DNA from: Macrostomum hystrix
Taxonomy: Eukaryota; Animalia; Platyhelminthes
Direction of reading: 5' to 3'
DNA: 64,000 nt
Assembly: GCA_950097015.1 (NCBI GenBank)
Contig: CATNEN010000007.1
Coordinates: forward strand, 3,720,001 to 3,784,000
The notes under the pieces were generated by a model. That model saw only the letters and a list, made by a program, of their open reading frames with translations, searched no databases and was not told where the DNA came from. Of the stretch, positions 1 through 14,517 are shown piece after piece (the stretch's first letter is position 1; each line of letters starts with the position of its first letter). A program made the translations under genes and the position numbers.

Positions 1-79
1 TCTATTTCCCGTCGAATATATTGACCCACATTCGATGGGTAAATTTTATGTATGCCATGTAAATTCTAAAAATCGACAG

Positions 80-2804
80 GACCCTGCTGCGTCTCCAGTC
101 GACAAAGGTATTCTCAGCTGGGTGCAGGAGGCCAATGAGCAAGGTAAGCCATTGTGAAGCCATGATTTCGGGAGCCCTTTCTGATTTTCTAAATGACTTC
201 TAAATCCAATTAATTTTCCCAAACCATCCCCTAAAGACAAGCAGGTGGCCTACAATCTTTTGAAGGCCATCGGCTCCAACCGAGGTGGCGGCTCCGGCTT
301 TGAGGGCCTCGGCATCAACGGAACCGCTGCAGCCGCCTTTGATCTTAACGGTCAGCGTCGGCTTCATCGCAGAGGAGGCCCGCCGCTGCCGCCACCTGAA
401 GATCGGCACACCTTCGGCAGGAGGACTCGACCGCCGACACCGCAGAGACCGCTGCGGCAGTCACGGCAGTCAGCTACGGCTGGGCCTGCGTGAGTGGTCT
501 CGATAGGAATAGAGTGTCTCGATGGGATCAGAGTGTCTCGATGGGATCAGAGAGTCTCGATGGGATCAGAGTGTCTCGATGGGATCGGAGTGTCTCGATG
601 GGATCAGAGTGTCTCGATGGGATCAGAGTGTCTCGATGGGATCAGAGTGTCTCGATGGGATCAGAGAGTCTCGATGGGATCAGAGTGTCTCGATGGGATC
701 AGAGTGTCTCGATGGGATCAGAGTGTCTCGATGGGATCAGAGTGTCTCGATGGGATCAGAGTGTCTCGATGGGATCAGAGAGTCTCGATGGGATCAGAGT
801 ATCTCGATGGGATTAGTGTGGGGTCAGAAATTAGAAATTAGATTTCTGATCTAATCTCCCACTGTGGCATCCAGCCATTCCAGGGCAGCCAGTGTGGTCA
901 GACCACTCGGCCTCACCTCGGGTTGTCGCAGATGTGCCCGGTAATCCGCTGCTCCCACGAGTGCATCTTCCTTTGCACATTTCCTCACTTTACTAGAATA
1001 GCAGTTTCTACTGGGCCCCAGTTCGGGAAATTCAGACATTAAAAATTAATTTTTTTCAGCGGCAGCGCTTACACTCCGCCTCTGTTTGCCGGTGTTGAAG
1101 ACAACTACTCAGCTGCGAGGAGCCGAGTTCATCCGGCGAGACTGTCCGCTGACTATGTGCATCCGGGATCCGGGTTCACGGTGAGTCTGAGATCCTACCT
1201 AAGAATCTGGGATTCCAATCCCAATATCTCAAGTTTGACGATCTGAAATCCCAAAAGTCTCAAACCACTAGAAAGTCAACGAAGTAGCCTCAAATCCCAA
1301 CAGCCTCAGCCCAGTAACCTCAAATCCCAACAGCCTCAGCCCAGTAGCCTCAAATCCCAACAGCCTCAGCCCAGAAGACTCAAATCCCAACAGCCTCAGC
1401 CCAGTAGCCTCAAATCCCAACAGCCTCAGCCCAGTAGCCTCAAATCCCAACAGCCTCAGCCCGGTAGCCTCAAATCCCAAAAGCCTCAGCCCAGTAGCCT
1501 CAAATCCCAACAGCCTCAGCCCAGTAGCCTCAAATCCCAACAGCCTCAGCCCAGTAGCCTCAAATCCCAACAGCCTCAGCCCGGTAGCCTCAAATCCCAA
1601 AAGCCTCAGCCCAGTAACCTCAAATCCCAACAGCCTCAGCATAGTAGCCTCAAATCCCAACAGCCTCAGCCCAGTAGCCTCAAATCCCAACAGCCTCAGC
1701 CCAGTAGCCTCAAATCCCAACAGCCTCAGCCCGGTAGCCTCAAATCCCAAAAGCCTCAGCCCAGTAGCCTCAAATCCCAACAGCCTCAGCCCGGTAGCCT
1801 CAAATCCCAACAGCCTCAGCCCAGTAGCCTCAAATCCCAACAGCTTCAGCCCGGTAGCCTCAAATCCCAACAGCTTCAGCCCGGTAGCCTTAAATCCCAA
1901 CAGCCTCAGCCCGGTAGCCTCAAATCCCAACAGCTTCAGCCCGGTAGCCTCAAATCCCAACAGCTTCAGCCCGGTAGCCTCAAATCCCAACAGCCTCAGC
2001 ATAGTAGCCTCAAATCCCAAAAGCCTCAGCCCAGTAGCCTCAAATCCTAACAGCTTCAGCCCGGCAGCCTCAAATCCCAACAGCCTCAGCCCAGAAGCCT
2101 CAAATCCCAACAGCTTCAGCCCGGTAGCCTCAAATCCCAACAGCCTCAGCCCAGTAGCCTCAAATCCCAACAGCTTCAGCCCGGTAGCCTCAAATCCCAA
2201 CAGCCTCAGCCCAGTAGCCTCAAATCCCAACAGCCTCAGCCCAGTAGCCTCAAATCCCAACAGCCTCAGCCCGGTAGCCTCAAATCCCAACAGCCTCAGC
2301 CCAGTAGCCTCAAATCCCAACAGCCTCAGCCCAGTAGCCTCAAATCCCAACAGCCTCAGCCCAGTAGCCTCAAATCCCAACAGCCTCAGCCCAGTAGCCT
2401 CAAATCCCAACAGCCTCAGCCCAGTAGCCTCAAATCCCAACAGCCTCAGCCCAGTAGCCTCAAATCCCAACAGCCTCAGCCCAGTAGCCTCAAATCCCAA
2501 CAGCCTCAGCCCAGTAGCCTCAAATCCCAACAGCCTCAGCCCAGTAGCCTCAAATCCCAACAGCCTCAGCCCAGTAGCCTCAAATCCCAACAGCCTCAGC
2601 CCAGTAGCCTCAAATCCCAACAGCCTCAGCCCGGTAGCCTCAAATCCCAACAGCCTCAGAGCCTCATGCCAAACTGATCCCCATCCACAGAACGCGTGTC
2701 CACCCTACCGCAGCAACTTTGTGGTGCACCCGGACTGGGTCTCTGAGCAGACCGCACCGGCACCACCTCCGAGGGCGCTTCGCAGATCGAACCCTGAGAA
2801 ATGA
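80..2804 (+). CDS. Uncharacterised multi-exon protein (putative exons 80-143, 245-489, 1060-1180, 2691-2804); 5' end unresolved
   Basis: Canonical splice sites: cag|80, 143|gtaagc, cag|245, 489|gtgagt, tttcag|1060, 1180|gtgagt, cacag|2691. One frame runs through the last three exons to TGA 2802-2804 (...VAYNLLKAIG...GSAYTPPLF...CPPYRSNFVVHPDWVSE...NPEK*). AATAAA near 3192. The frame of the first exon is ambiguous and no family is recognised. Confidence 0.55.
508..812. repeat. 19-bp minisatellite (gagtgtctcgatgggatca)n, ~16 copies, intronic
   Basis: Direct reading; lies in putative intron 490-1059. Confidence 0.97.
1283..2659. repeat. 30-bp minisatellite (caaatcccaacagcctcagcccagtagcct)n, ~46 copies, intronic
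   Basis: Direct reading; ends ~30 nt before acceptor 2690. Source of the 460-aa artefact ORF. Confidence 0.98.
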
Positions 2805-2871
2805 GGCTGCAGGAAGCGGCTAATGTGATGCCTACTTTATTGATTTCTTTTCTGATCAAACAGCAGGGATT

Positions 2872-3049
2872 CGACAGCTGGGATTTGACAGCTGGGATTT
2901 GACAGCTGGGATTTGACAGCTGGGATTTGACAGCTGGGATTTGACAGCTGGGATTTGACAGCTGGGATTTGACAGCTGGGATTTGACAGCTGGGATTTGA
3001 CAGCTGGGATTTGACAGCTGGGATTTGACAGCTGGGATTTGACAGCTGG
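2872..3049. repeat. 14-bp tandem repeat (gacagctgggattt)n
   Basis: Direct reading, ~13 copies, just downstream of the gene 1 stop. Confidence 0.95.
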
Positions 3050-3360
3050 AATGTAACAGTCACAAAAGTACCTTAACTCGAACTTGTAACGGGATTCACT
3101 AAATTTTGCCAACTACACGCTTTAGCTATCAACTATAATATTCACTCTCCGAAGAAAAACTATTCACTGTTGTTCTTAGACTTGTTTTTATAAATAAAAC
3201 GACCTTTTAAGAATAGTATTTTCTGATATTTTCTCTAATTGTTTTCAGATTTCATATTTCCCTATTTGCGAGTTCATTGAAGCTCAGCATGCTGATGCCA
3301 GTAGACTGTCTGTGTATGAATTCTTAAATTATGAAACAATAAATAGACTAGAAATGTCAA

Positions 3361-3720
3361 TCTACTTCTCTCTCGACTTCTCCTATGTATCTATTTATTA
3401 ACTTCTCTCTCCACATCTCCCATCTATCTACTTCTCTCAGCACTTATTCTATATATATAATTCTCTCTCTCCACTTCTCCCATCTATCTACTGCTCTCAG
3501 CACTTATTCTATATGTCCACTTCTCACTCTCCACGTCTCCTGTCTATCTACTTCTCTCAGCACTTCTTTTATATATCTACTTCTCTCTCTCCACTTCTCC
3601 CATCTATCTACTTCTCTCTCCACATCTCCCATCTATCTACTTCCCTCTCTCCACTTCTCCTGTCTATCCACTTCTCTCAACATCTATATACTTCACTTCA
3701 TTTATCCTATGAATCTACTT
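3361..3720. repeat. Degenerate pyrimidine-rich tandem repeat (ctacttctctctccacatctcccatctat-like)
   Basis: Recurrent tctatctacttctctc motifs with irregular period. Confidence 0.8.
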
Positions 3721-4056
3721 GCCAATCGCCCTCCCCTTTAGACTTTGTTACGAGTATTCATTTTCCTTGCCAATAAGGAAAGCCTTGGAAGCGGCAATCA
3801 CATTAATGAAGCATTATTAATGAAGCGAATGGTCTTGCTGCAAATGACTGTACAATGCATTGCCCTTCAACTATATCTGATCCCACTCTCCAAGAATCCC
3901 TTCCATTCCCACTCCCAAGCAAGCTAATCCCATTCGTCGCCATCCGGCACAAAAGTACAAATGCGTGCAGTGGAGTCGAGCTGGCGAATGAACGCATAAA
4001 TACTGAGGCAGACAGCTGGCTAAGAGCCTGACAACAGGCACCCGACTCGCTGATCA

Positions 4057-4893
4057 ATGGGACTCGCGGTGGCCAAGCAGAAGTGCCGGCCGAGGCAGCC
4101 GATGCAGCCGCCGCTACCGACATTCGAGCCGCAGCCGCAGCCTCCGTCGCTTCGCATGAGCCGGTCAATCAGCAATCACAATAGCCTGATTGCTGCGGCC
4201 CAAAAGTATAATCCGAATCCGCTGCAGCCGCCGAAGCTGCCGCCGAGGCGCGCGCTGTCAGCAGGGGACTCGCAGACGGCTGAAGAGACGGCAATGGCTG
4301 ATGCATCTGCGGCGGCTGCGGCGGCTGCTGCGGCTGCCAATGAGGACCTGCAGTGGCTGCTGTCGCCCGGACTGGACTGGGCCGCGGAAGCCGTCACTGA
4401 CGCTTGGGAGGCCGCCGGCTGCTGCGGTGTGGGAAGCGAGCTGCACAAGGAGCGGTGAGGGCCACGGATCTAGCTCGTGGATTGCTAGTCTATCCTCATG
4501 GATTGCTAGTCTATCTTCATGGATTGCTAGTCTATCTTCATGGATTGCTAGTCTATCTTCATGGATTGCTAGTCTATCTTCATGGATTGCTAGTCTATCT
4601 TCATGGACTGCTAATCTATCTCTATGGATTGCTAGTCTATCTTCATGGATTGCTAATCTATCTGCATGTATTGCTAGTCTATCTTATATTGCTTATCTAT
4701 CCTAATGTATTGCTAATATATTCTCATGGATTGCTAATCTATCCTAATGGATTGCTAGTCTATTCCTATCACACACAATTGATCAGAACCAGTTCGCAAT
4801 GAGCTGAATTCATCCCAATCTTGGCAATGTTTGCTTTAAAAATGCAGGCCCGATTTCAGTCGTGAAGGACGGACCCTCCTGTTTGTCCTCTGA
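4057..4893 (+). CDS. Uncharacterised small Pro/Ala-rich protein (putative exons 4057-4454, 4848-4893)
   Basis: ATG 4057, GC-rich ORF, donor gagcg|gtgagg at 4455 and acceptor aatgcag|4848 are phase-compatible (...SELHKER-PDFSREGRTLLFVL*). No family recognised. Confidence 0.5.
4478..4762. repeat. 21-bp minisatellite (ggattgctagtctatcttcat)n, intronic
   Basis: Direct reading; fills most of putative intron 4455-4847 and decays toward its 3' end. Confidence 0.95.
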
Positions 4894-5396
4894 AGACTTG
4901 CCGATGCAGTTCAGAAAGACAGCTGCGGCACTTTCATAAATGACGGGGTGATTTTTCTCCTAGAAAAACTGTGCAGAAATATTGTAGAGAAGCAAAAAAG
5001 CAGTCTTTTGACGCTTCATTCCGTGCTAAGCGTTCCATCGTAGAAGCAGCTCCTCAGAAGCTGGCTAGTTTGTCCTGCATCGCACTGCAACTTTAGACTG
5101 AGGCTCCCGCTAGCACTATGATTCGAAAATCTAACCTAAACTACATTTCTTCTTATTCCCTAATTCTCCCAATTTGGCCCCCTCAATCTAGGCCACTAGA
5201 ATTCAGACCCTGGTTCTCCCAGTATCGCCTCTCTCTCTTCTCGCTCATTTCTCGGCGCAAAGGCTTCGGAAGACGCCCGGCTTGCTGCGTCAAGAGTGAA
5301 ATTAATTCATGCCTTTTGTATAGGGCCCGGAATATAGTCCTCTGGCCTGATTTTTATTGCTGCTTCAGTAGAACCAGCCTCTTCTGCTGGCTTCCG

Positions 5397-6147
5397 CTCT
5401 CCCTCACTCTCTGCTTCTCTCCCTCACTCTGTGCTTCTCTCCCTCACTCTGTGCTTCTCTCCCTCACTCTGTGCTTCTCTCCCTCACTCTGTGCTTCTCT
5501 CCCTCACTCTGTGCTTCTCTCCCTCACTCTGTGCTTCTCTCCCTCACTCTGTGCTTCTCCCCCTCACTCTGTGCTTCTCTCCCTCACTCTGTGCTTCTCT
5601 CCCTCACTCTGTGCTTCTCTCCCTCACTCTGTGCTTCTCTCCCTCACTCTGTGCTTCTCCCCCTCACTCTGTGCTTCTCTCCCTCACTCTGTGCTTCTCT
5701 CCCTCACTCTGTGCTTCTCCCCCTCACTCTGTGCTTCTCTCCCTCACTCTGTGCTTCTCTCCCTCACTCTGTGCTTCTCTCCCTCACTCTGTGCTTCTCC
5801 CCCTCACTCTGTGCTTCTCTCCCTCACTCTGTGCTTCTCTCCCTCACTCTGTGCTTCTCTCCCTCACTCTGTGCTTCTCTCCCTCACTCTGTGCTTCTCC
5901 CCCTCACTCTGTGCTTCTCTCCCTCACTCTGTGCTTCTCTCCCTCACTCTGTGCTTCTCTCCCTCACTCTGTGCTTCTCCCCCTCACTCTGTGCTTCTCT
6001 CCCTCACTCTGTGCTTCTCTCCCTCACTCTGTGCTTCTCTCCCTCACTCTGTGCTTCTCTCCCTCACTCTGTGCTTCTCTCCCTCACTCTGTGCTTCTCT
6101 CCCTCACTCTGTGCTTCTCTCCCTCACTCTGTGCATCTCCCTCACTC
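5397..6147. repeat. 20-bp pyrimidine-rich minisatellite (ccctcactctgtgcttctct)n, ~37 copies
   Basis: Direct reading; ends just before the putative acceptor catag|6152. Confidence 0.98.
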
Positions 6148-6151
6148 ATAG

Positions 6152-7821
<1,670 letters not shown>

Positions 7822-9045
7822 GAAAGCCGACCGTTGCATATTGAGAAGCATCGAGAAAAGATTGCAGATTTCATACCTCATGCGTAAATTAGCTCGCCGT
7901 GACTGCTATTTAACTCGCTTGAAATTTATAAACTTTTATACATCAAATGCTACTCGTGAGTAGTCCCAATAGTGACTATTTAGATTAACTCTTTACTCCT
8001 ACGCATGGGTATTGTATTTCCTTAGTTTTTCAATCTTATTCTTTCCAAATTCAGACATACGAGTATGGAAGGAATTTCCATATTTGATATGGAAATTAAT
8101 GACCAGACGGAGCAATTTATTCACTAAAAGGTATAATTAACAAAATAAGAAAATAGGAAATATTTCAAGCTTAATGTTACTTTAAGTAGGCAGGTACTGA
8201 AGTATTATATTATATCTTAAAGTATACATACAAATTTACCATTCCCGTTAGTTGAAGCACGCGCCCGTGTTGGCGAGTGAATTTTAAATAGCAGACTAGA
8301 GCTCTCCCTATCTTCAGAAAAGTTAAAACGCACTCAGGGGAGCGACTCAAGTGGCCGACACAACTTTCGTTTATAAATTTTTTTTAGCAAGAATTTTCTG
8401 GCTCAGCGTCCGGAGTTACGAGTAGAACAGTACTGACAGTGCTGGACTCATTCTCGTGGTCTCAATTAGCATTTTTCGAGTGCCTGTCATTCATATACCG
8501 ATGACCGAGTCGTTTCCTGCCAGTCATGAGTCTGAGACTGAGAGAACTGGCTGCTCACAACTGCCCGCCCGCTGTGCTCAAGTAATCTTGTCCGGCATTC
8601 CAGCATAGGAGAGATCGACTCCGGAAATTCGCAATGGGGATCGGTAGGAAAGAAGACGCCAATGCCAAATTAATCCCTACTCTGGCAGCGCGGAAGAGGA
8701 GCTGGGATAAGAGCCAGGAAGTGGCTCAGCCACTGACTGGGAACTGGGATTATTAATACAACTAATGCAGCAATAAGTGAATGCTGATGAATGCTTGAAT
8801 GCTGAGCGTGGATGCGCTTCTGATAGGACAGGCAAGATCGATCAGCCGAAAAAGAAATCTGACAATTAAAAAAAGAAGGATAGCGGAAAGAAACAGCCGC
8901 ACAGACAGCTGGCAGAGGAGCGTGGGTGGAGTGCTCTGCTATTGGCTGTCACCGCAGCCCCAGGTGCATAACAGTGCCGGGCAGAGGGCCGGGCTCGGTG
9001 CGCCTAAGACTCACACATTCTCGCTCTGCCCGTACAGCCTACCCG

Positions 9046-11772
9046 ATGCAGCTGCAGAGCAATGCCAGCCTGTGCCCGGATCCGGGAGCCCGAGACGGCG
9101 ACCCCGTGGTGGCTGCCAGCGAGCTTCTGGTGCTGCCGATCTGTGTCTGCGGCATCCTGGGCAATGTCTTCAACCTGCTGGTGCTGACGGACCGGGCGAT
9201 GCGCCACTCGCTGGGGCCGCACGAGGGCAGCGCCAACTGCGGCCTGGTGGCCCTGGCCATCAGCGACCTGCTGTTCTGCCTCGCCGCCTTCCCGTTCGCC
9301 TTCGCGCCCAACCTGTCGGACAGCCGGGCCGGGCCCGCTCACCTGTACGGCAGGGCCAACGCCGCCGTCATCAGCACCTTCATCATGGCCTCCACGCTGC
9401 TGACGGTCATTCTAGCGACCGAGCGCTACGCGGCTGTTTGTCATCCGCTGACCGCCCGACGGCGGCTGAGCCTGCGCCGCACCCAGACTCTGGTGGCGGG
9501 CGCCTTCGCCTTCTCGGCGCTGTTCAACCTGCCGCTGCTGTGGGGCACCAAGTCGGTCGCCTGCCTGCAGCCGGTGGGCAACTCCTCAGGGCGCTACGCT
9601 GAGTTGTTCTTCGTGGAGCGGGTGACCATCGTGGACCACCGGGTGGACACCGCCTACCGGGCATTGTGGGCCGTCATCGGCAACTTTGTGCCCCTGGCGC
9701 TGCTGCTCTACTGCAACGCCCGCCTGTTTGTTAGCGTCAAGCGGGCCCTGGGACAGCGGCGCCAGATGACGTCACGCCTGACCTCTGCGGCTGCCCTCAG
9801 CCTGGGACATGAGAATCCGAGTGAGTACCAGATCCTTGCCCATGGCACAGCCTGCGGGCACACACTCGCTACATTCGTTTGTGAGGCAGCCATTTGAGCG
9901 AAGGCTGTGTACTTGTGTGCTATATGTGCTCAGGGCACAGCGGCAGGCTGCGAGTCGACTGTCACCAAATGATGCACCATTGCCCAGAGCCCCCTCCGAA
10001 TAGTATAAAAATAATAATAAATATAATTACAGGAGGGCTGCGGGCAAGGGCACATTATCTGGTGACAGTATTGGTGTAGACAGAGAGGAGGCATTTCTGC
10101 CCATTCTGCTGGCTTCTGAGCACACGCACACAGATACCGTACACAGGCACACACTCACACAGGTGTGTACACAGCCCTGACTTTCTCATCGTCAGGCAGT
10201 CACACCGCGGCTGCGCTGCAAATGAATGTGACCTCGCCGCGGAATCCAGCTCAGAGACTGGTGCGAGCGCGTTAGACCACTCTGCCACTCACCCCCATTA
10301 GCGAATAGTATTATAATATTATCATTATTTTTTTACAGTCGGTCACACCACATCATCTTACAGTGAGCAATAGTTCTCAGTTGAGAATATCGCTGCAAAC
10401 AGATGTTAACCTCCTTACTGTTTAAATCAAATATGACAACTGGAGGTGGAACTGGCAGCATTGGAAAGTAAGAGAAAATAATCGAATCACGGATCCAGCT
10501 CGGACTGGAGCTCGTTGGAGTACTCTTACCGACGGAGATGAAAGTGATCCTCTTTGCAATTCTGATCAGTCCCGGTGATAAGCGGGGCGGGGGGAGACGA
10601 GAGGGCGAGGCGGCACTTTTCAGTTGCTACAGAAAATGACCTGGCGAAACGGAAGGATAAACGAAGTAGAAGAACCTACTTTTAAGAAGAAAATGCGTGG
10701 GATACTTTGATACCTGCAAATTTAGTTATTGACGGGATAATTGAAATTGGGACCAAATGAAATTCATCAATTTTATTATCAAGGTGAAACGACTCAAGCG
10801 ACTTAAGCGATTATCCCATGAAAAAACAACTCAGTCCCCCCAGGTGAAACTGATCCATCAGGTGAAACTGATCCATCAGGTGAAACTGATCCATCAGGTG
10901 AAACTGATCCATCAGGTGAAACTGATCCATCAGGTGAAACTGATCCATCAGGTGAAACTGATCCATCAGGTGAAACTGATCCATCAGGTGAAACTGATCC
11001 ATCAGGTGAAACTGATCCATCAGGTGAAACTGATCCATCAGGTGAAACTGATCCATCAGGTGAAACTGATCCATCAGGTGAAACTGATCCATCAGGTGAA
11101 ACTGATCCATCAGGTGAAACTGATCCATCAGGTGAAACTGATCCATCAGGTGAAACTGATCCATCAGGTGAAACTGATCCATCAGGTGAAACTGATCCAT
11201 CAGGTGAAACTGATGCATCAGGTGAAACTGATCCATCAGGTGAAACTAATCCATCAGGTGAAACTGATCCATCAGGTGAAACTGATCCATCATGTGAAAC
11301 TGATCCATCATGTGAAACTGATCCATCATGTGAAACTGAACAATCCAAAAATGGTCCCTCAGATGATAAAAGCACCACACTGACTATCACGCTGGTGTGC
11401 ATCGTGGTGATGTTCCTCGTGCTGGTGGCTCCCAGTGAGACCCTGAAGCTGTACTCATTGCTGAGTTGCTCGCAGCAGTCGCACAACGCTAGCCACGCAG
11501 CGCCCCTGAGCCTGGAGAGCAACCTGTCCTACCGCCGCATCGAGGCCGTCACCAACTGCATGCAGAGCCTCAGCTTCTGCCTGAACTTTCTGCTCTATTG
11601 CTTTGCCCTGCGCTCGTTTCGCCGCGCCCTTCTCCGCATCGTCTGCCACCGGCTGCAGGGCAGGCAGCTGGGCGGAGCGGAGCTAGTCCGCCTTGCCGCT
11701 CACGGCCCGCCGGCCAGGCGAGCCAGACGGCAGCCAATCAGGGGAGAGCAGCTCGACAGCTTGGCTGATTAA
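9046..11772 (+). CDS. Class A (rhodopsin-like) peptide GPCR, FMRFamide-receptor-like (exons 9046-9820, 11363-11772; ~394 aa)
   Basis: Seven hydrophobic segments; TM1 GILGNVFNLLVL, TM2 LAISDLLFC, TM3 end TERYAAVCHP, TM7 SFCLNFLLYC. Donor ccga|gtgagt (9821) and acceptor ctcag|11363 join in frame. Subfamily call rests on motif resemblance only. Confidence 0.9.
9850..10200. mobile_element. Fold-back (MITE-like) dispersed repeat: two inverted arms around an AT-rich spacer, in the GPCR intron
   Basis: actgtcaccaaatgatgcaccattgcccagagccccctcc (~9958-9997) is an imperfect reverse complement of ggagggctgcgggcaagggcacattatctggtgacagt (~10032-10069). The reverse complement of 10032-10200 aligns to 27454-27645. 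No TSD identified. Confidence 0.6.
10841..11339. repeat. 18-bp minisatellite (ggtgaaactgatccatca)n, ~27 copies, intronic
   Basis: Direct reading; ends ~20 nt before acceptor 11362. Confidence 0.98.
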
Positions 11773-12040
11773 TTCGCCTTTGACGAGTCAAGGACTCTGG
11801 TCGAGTGATTATTCAGTGTCTCGCATGTCGCATGACTCACTGTGCGTTGACTGTCTCATTAATGAGAGAGATTTTCACATTGCTTCAACTGATTAGCTGT
11901 GCATCTATTGATCTAAACTTGATCATCTCATCTATGAGTTTTTAGTTTCCAAGCTTTTTCAAATAAATAGTTCAAGAGATGTGATTGCAACAAATAGTCA
12001 CACATGAATCCATTGGAGCTTAGCATGGATTGGAGTTTAG

Positions 12041-12214
12041 CTTCATATACACCTGAGCCTCATTCATATTCACCTGAGCCTCATTCATATTCACCTGAGC
12101 CTCATTCATATTCACCTGAGCCTCATTCATATTCACCTGAGCCTCATTCATATACACCTGAGCCTCATTCATATTCACCTGAGCCTCATTCATATACACC
12201 TGAGCCTCATTCAT
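12041..12214. repeat. 21-bp tandem repeat (cacctgagcctcattcatatt)n, ~8 copies
   Basis: Direct reading. Confidence 0.95.
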
Positions 12215-14362
12215 ATTATGTAGTCAAACCTGAGCACATATAATTGAGTCCATAGAAATACTGAGTGTCGCATTCGCAGTGAGATTTCAGCCATCTAAGA
12301 TGTTGGGAATCAGGGCCTTAGCAGGAGACTGAATGAGAAGCAGATTTACATGGCAGGGAAAAACAACTCGATGGTACCAGAAGCAGAAGACTTTGAGTTT
12401 CTGGCCTAGAGATGTCATTATATCCACATGTGAAAGAGAACATGCTGTGAGGTACAGTTTCAAGAAAATCCAACGATATAGTTCTTATCTGACACACAGG
12501 TTAAAATGTGCTCTAACATCAGCTTGCACTTCCAAAAAGTAAACAGAAGTTTGACTATATTTAGTATTTGTTTAGGGAATAATAAAGCGAGGGCAAGTAG
12601 CAGACCTGACGCAGACAAAAACAGTGGGGCCAATTAATTTCTTTGACTTCAAAGTTTGCCCCAGCAAAACCTTTTCAGGCTCTTATATGGCACTCCTGAT
12701 TAACTTACCTGCTGTTGGCAGTCGATAAGAAGGGGAAAGCAGTCAGTGTCCACAAAATTCGGCCCGAAGCAAATTTAATTGATTGAAAGCTAGAATTTTC
12801 TAATGGAACACAGGGCGATACAGCAGCAGCAGCAGCAGCAAAGTTAAGCAAGCCGGCCAACTCAAAGCTGTGAGGGATTAACAAAATTCGCATGGATGAA
12901 AGCTGGTTGCTAAGCAACAGAAAATTAAGCCAGAGTCAAAGTTCTCTGGCTGACTCGCTCCCGCCTCCGAACTCTGCCCGAAACTGACAGTTCCATCAGC
13001 CAATGTCGCGAGCCAGAATGAATTCTCGCCGGCCCCTCCACCCCAGTCTCTGCCGCCTGGTCGTTCCCATGGGATCAGAGGGCCGGCGCAGAGACACAGG
13101 GAGGCTGCGAATAGAAAGCTGGCGAAGCGTGACCACTGAATGAGGTTGACAGGATCTCCTGGCTGAGACAGCTTTGGCGTATCCGGCCTGGCGAAGACAA
13201 ACCATTTCTGCGTGCGCTGCAATACAACTGGCGTAAAGTGCATCTCGGTGATGCGCATGTGGCTTAATTAAATTTTTATCGTTCAACTTGCATAATTGTA
13301 CATGTATACCTTGATACAGTACGGCTACACATACAGATAGCATTTTAAGTGATTCATTCATTCATTGAGTCATTCTCGTTTGACTCTTAAAGGACTCAGT
13401 CAGTCCAGGCTTGACAGCTTATTTTTAGCATTGAATCAGTCAGTATACACGCCTGCTGAAACTGTAATGGGATTCTGAACGAATACAATATAAATTCAAA
13501 GCCTTTTTGCGATAGACGCTCTCGTTGGTGTTCTAGTATATATCTCTCCAGCCATGGTCTTAGCACTTGGAGAGTATTGTTTTGGCCATAGACAGTTCAT
13601 TTTTTTTTTTTTTGCTTTGTGCATTTAGATCCTCTGTTAACCACGGTTTTAGTGCTTAAATGTCTATGGCCACGAGTGTTCGCAGCTTGGACTTCTTGCA
13701 GATGGTCTTTACTCTTGTCCATAGACTATAGAAGTTAGTCAACCAAAGGCTTAACGATTAATTAAACGACTCAGGGTCGCTCTTTGGCCAAAAGCTTTTA
13801 ATGCACACAAATGCATTAAGCAGGCATCAAGAGTCCACTAGTCGTTTAACAGTAGAAGTACCACGAGGCATTTGAAATAACGATTTGGGAAGTAGGCAGT
13901 GGGTATTTAAAAAACCTCCCGTGGTATTGCCCCAGAGAGAAAATAGTGTGGTGTTTCTACTGTTAATAAGTCGATCAGTTATCACCCTAAAAATTGTCTT
14001 GCACTTATATTTAAGGAGAAGTAGAAAAAAAATATAGTTGACAATATAATTACCAACAGCCAACCCAGGAAGAATAATGTACTTTTCAGAGGCAACCACA
14101 TAGCTCGTATTTAATCCCCTATCTCGTCTGATTTACTTCCCTAGATTTAAAAAAGTTCATTACAACTTCATTAAACTTCTTGAGTAGATAGCTCGAGTAG
14201 ATATCTTGAGTATGTTCATAGAAGATACATGTTGCTCCCGTATTCACAGCTTCCGAGTGGAAACTATTTTTCTGTGGTGTCCGATTTCTATTTTTATGTC
14301 CCAATTGTTACAGACAGTATCCATTAGGCTTCCATGTGAATTAGAGCTGTAAAACCAAGAGA

Positions 14363-14517
14363 GTAGAATAGAGTAGAATAGAATAGAATAGAATAGAATA
14401 GAATAGAATAGAATAGAATAGAATAGAATAGAATAGAATAGAATAGAACAGAATAGAATAGAATAGAATAGAATAGAATAGAATAGAATAGAATAGAATA
14501 GAATAGAATAGAATAGA
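14363..14517. repeat. (TAGAA)n microsatellite
   Basis: Direct reading. Confidence 0.97.

Noticed and set aside
1268-2650. 460-aa ORF of LLGFEATGLR repeats, and all similar repeat ORFs (5118-6263, 10757-11522, 19130-20177, 22992-23934, 32023-32850, 40969-42070, 44052-45605, 52236-53833, 61532-62621 repeat part)
   Set aside because: They are translations of tandem arrays, are often open in several frames or on both strands, and mostly lie within GT-AG introns whose removal restores recognisable proteins.
12878-13361. Moderately GC-rich minus-strand ORFs as a separate gene or a downstream exon of the 15148-15468 gene
   Set aside because: Two or three frames are open, with no recognisable domain and no convincing donor on the upstream exon; cannot be supported without RNA data.
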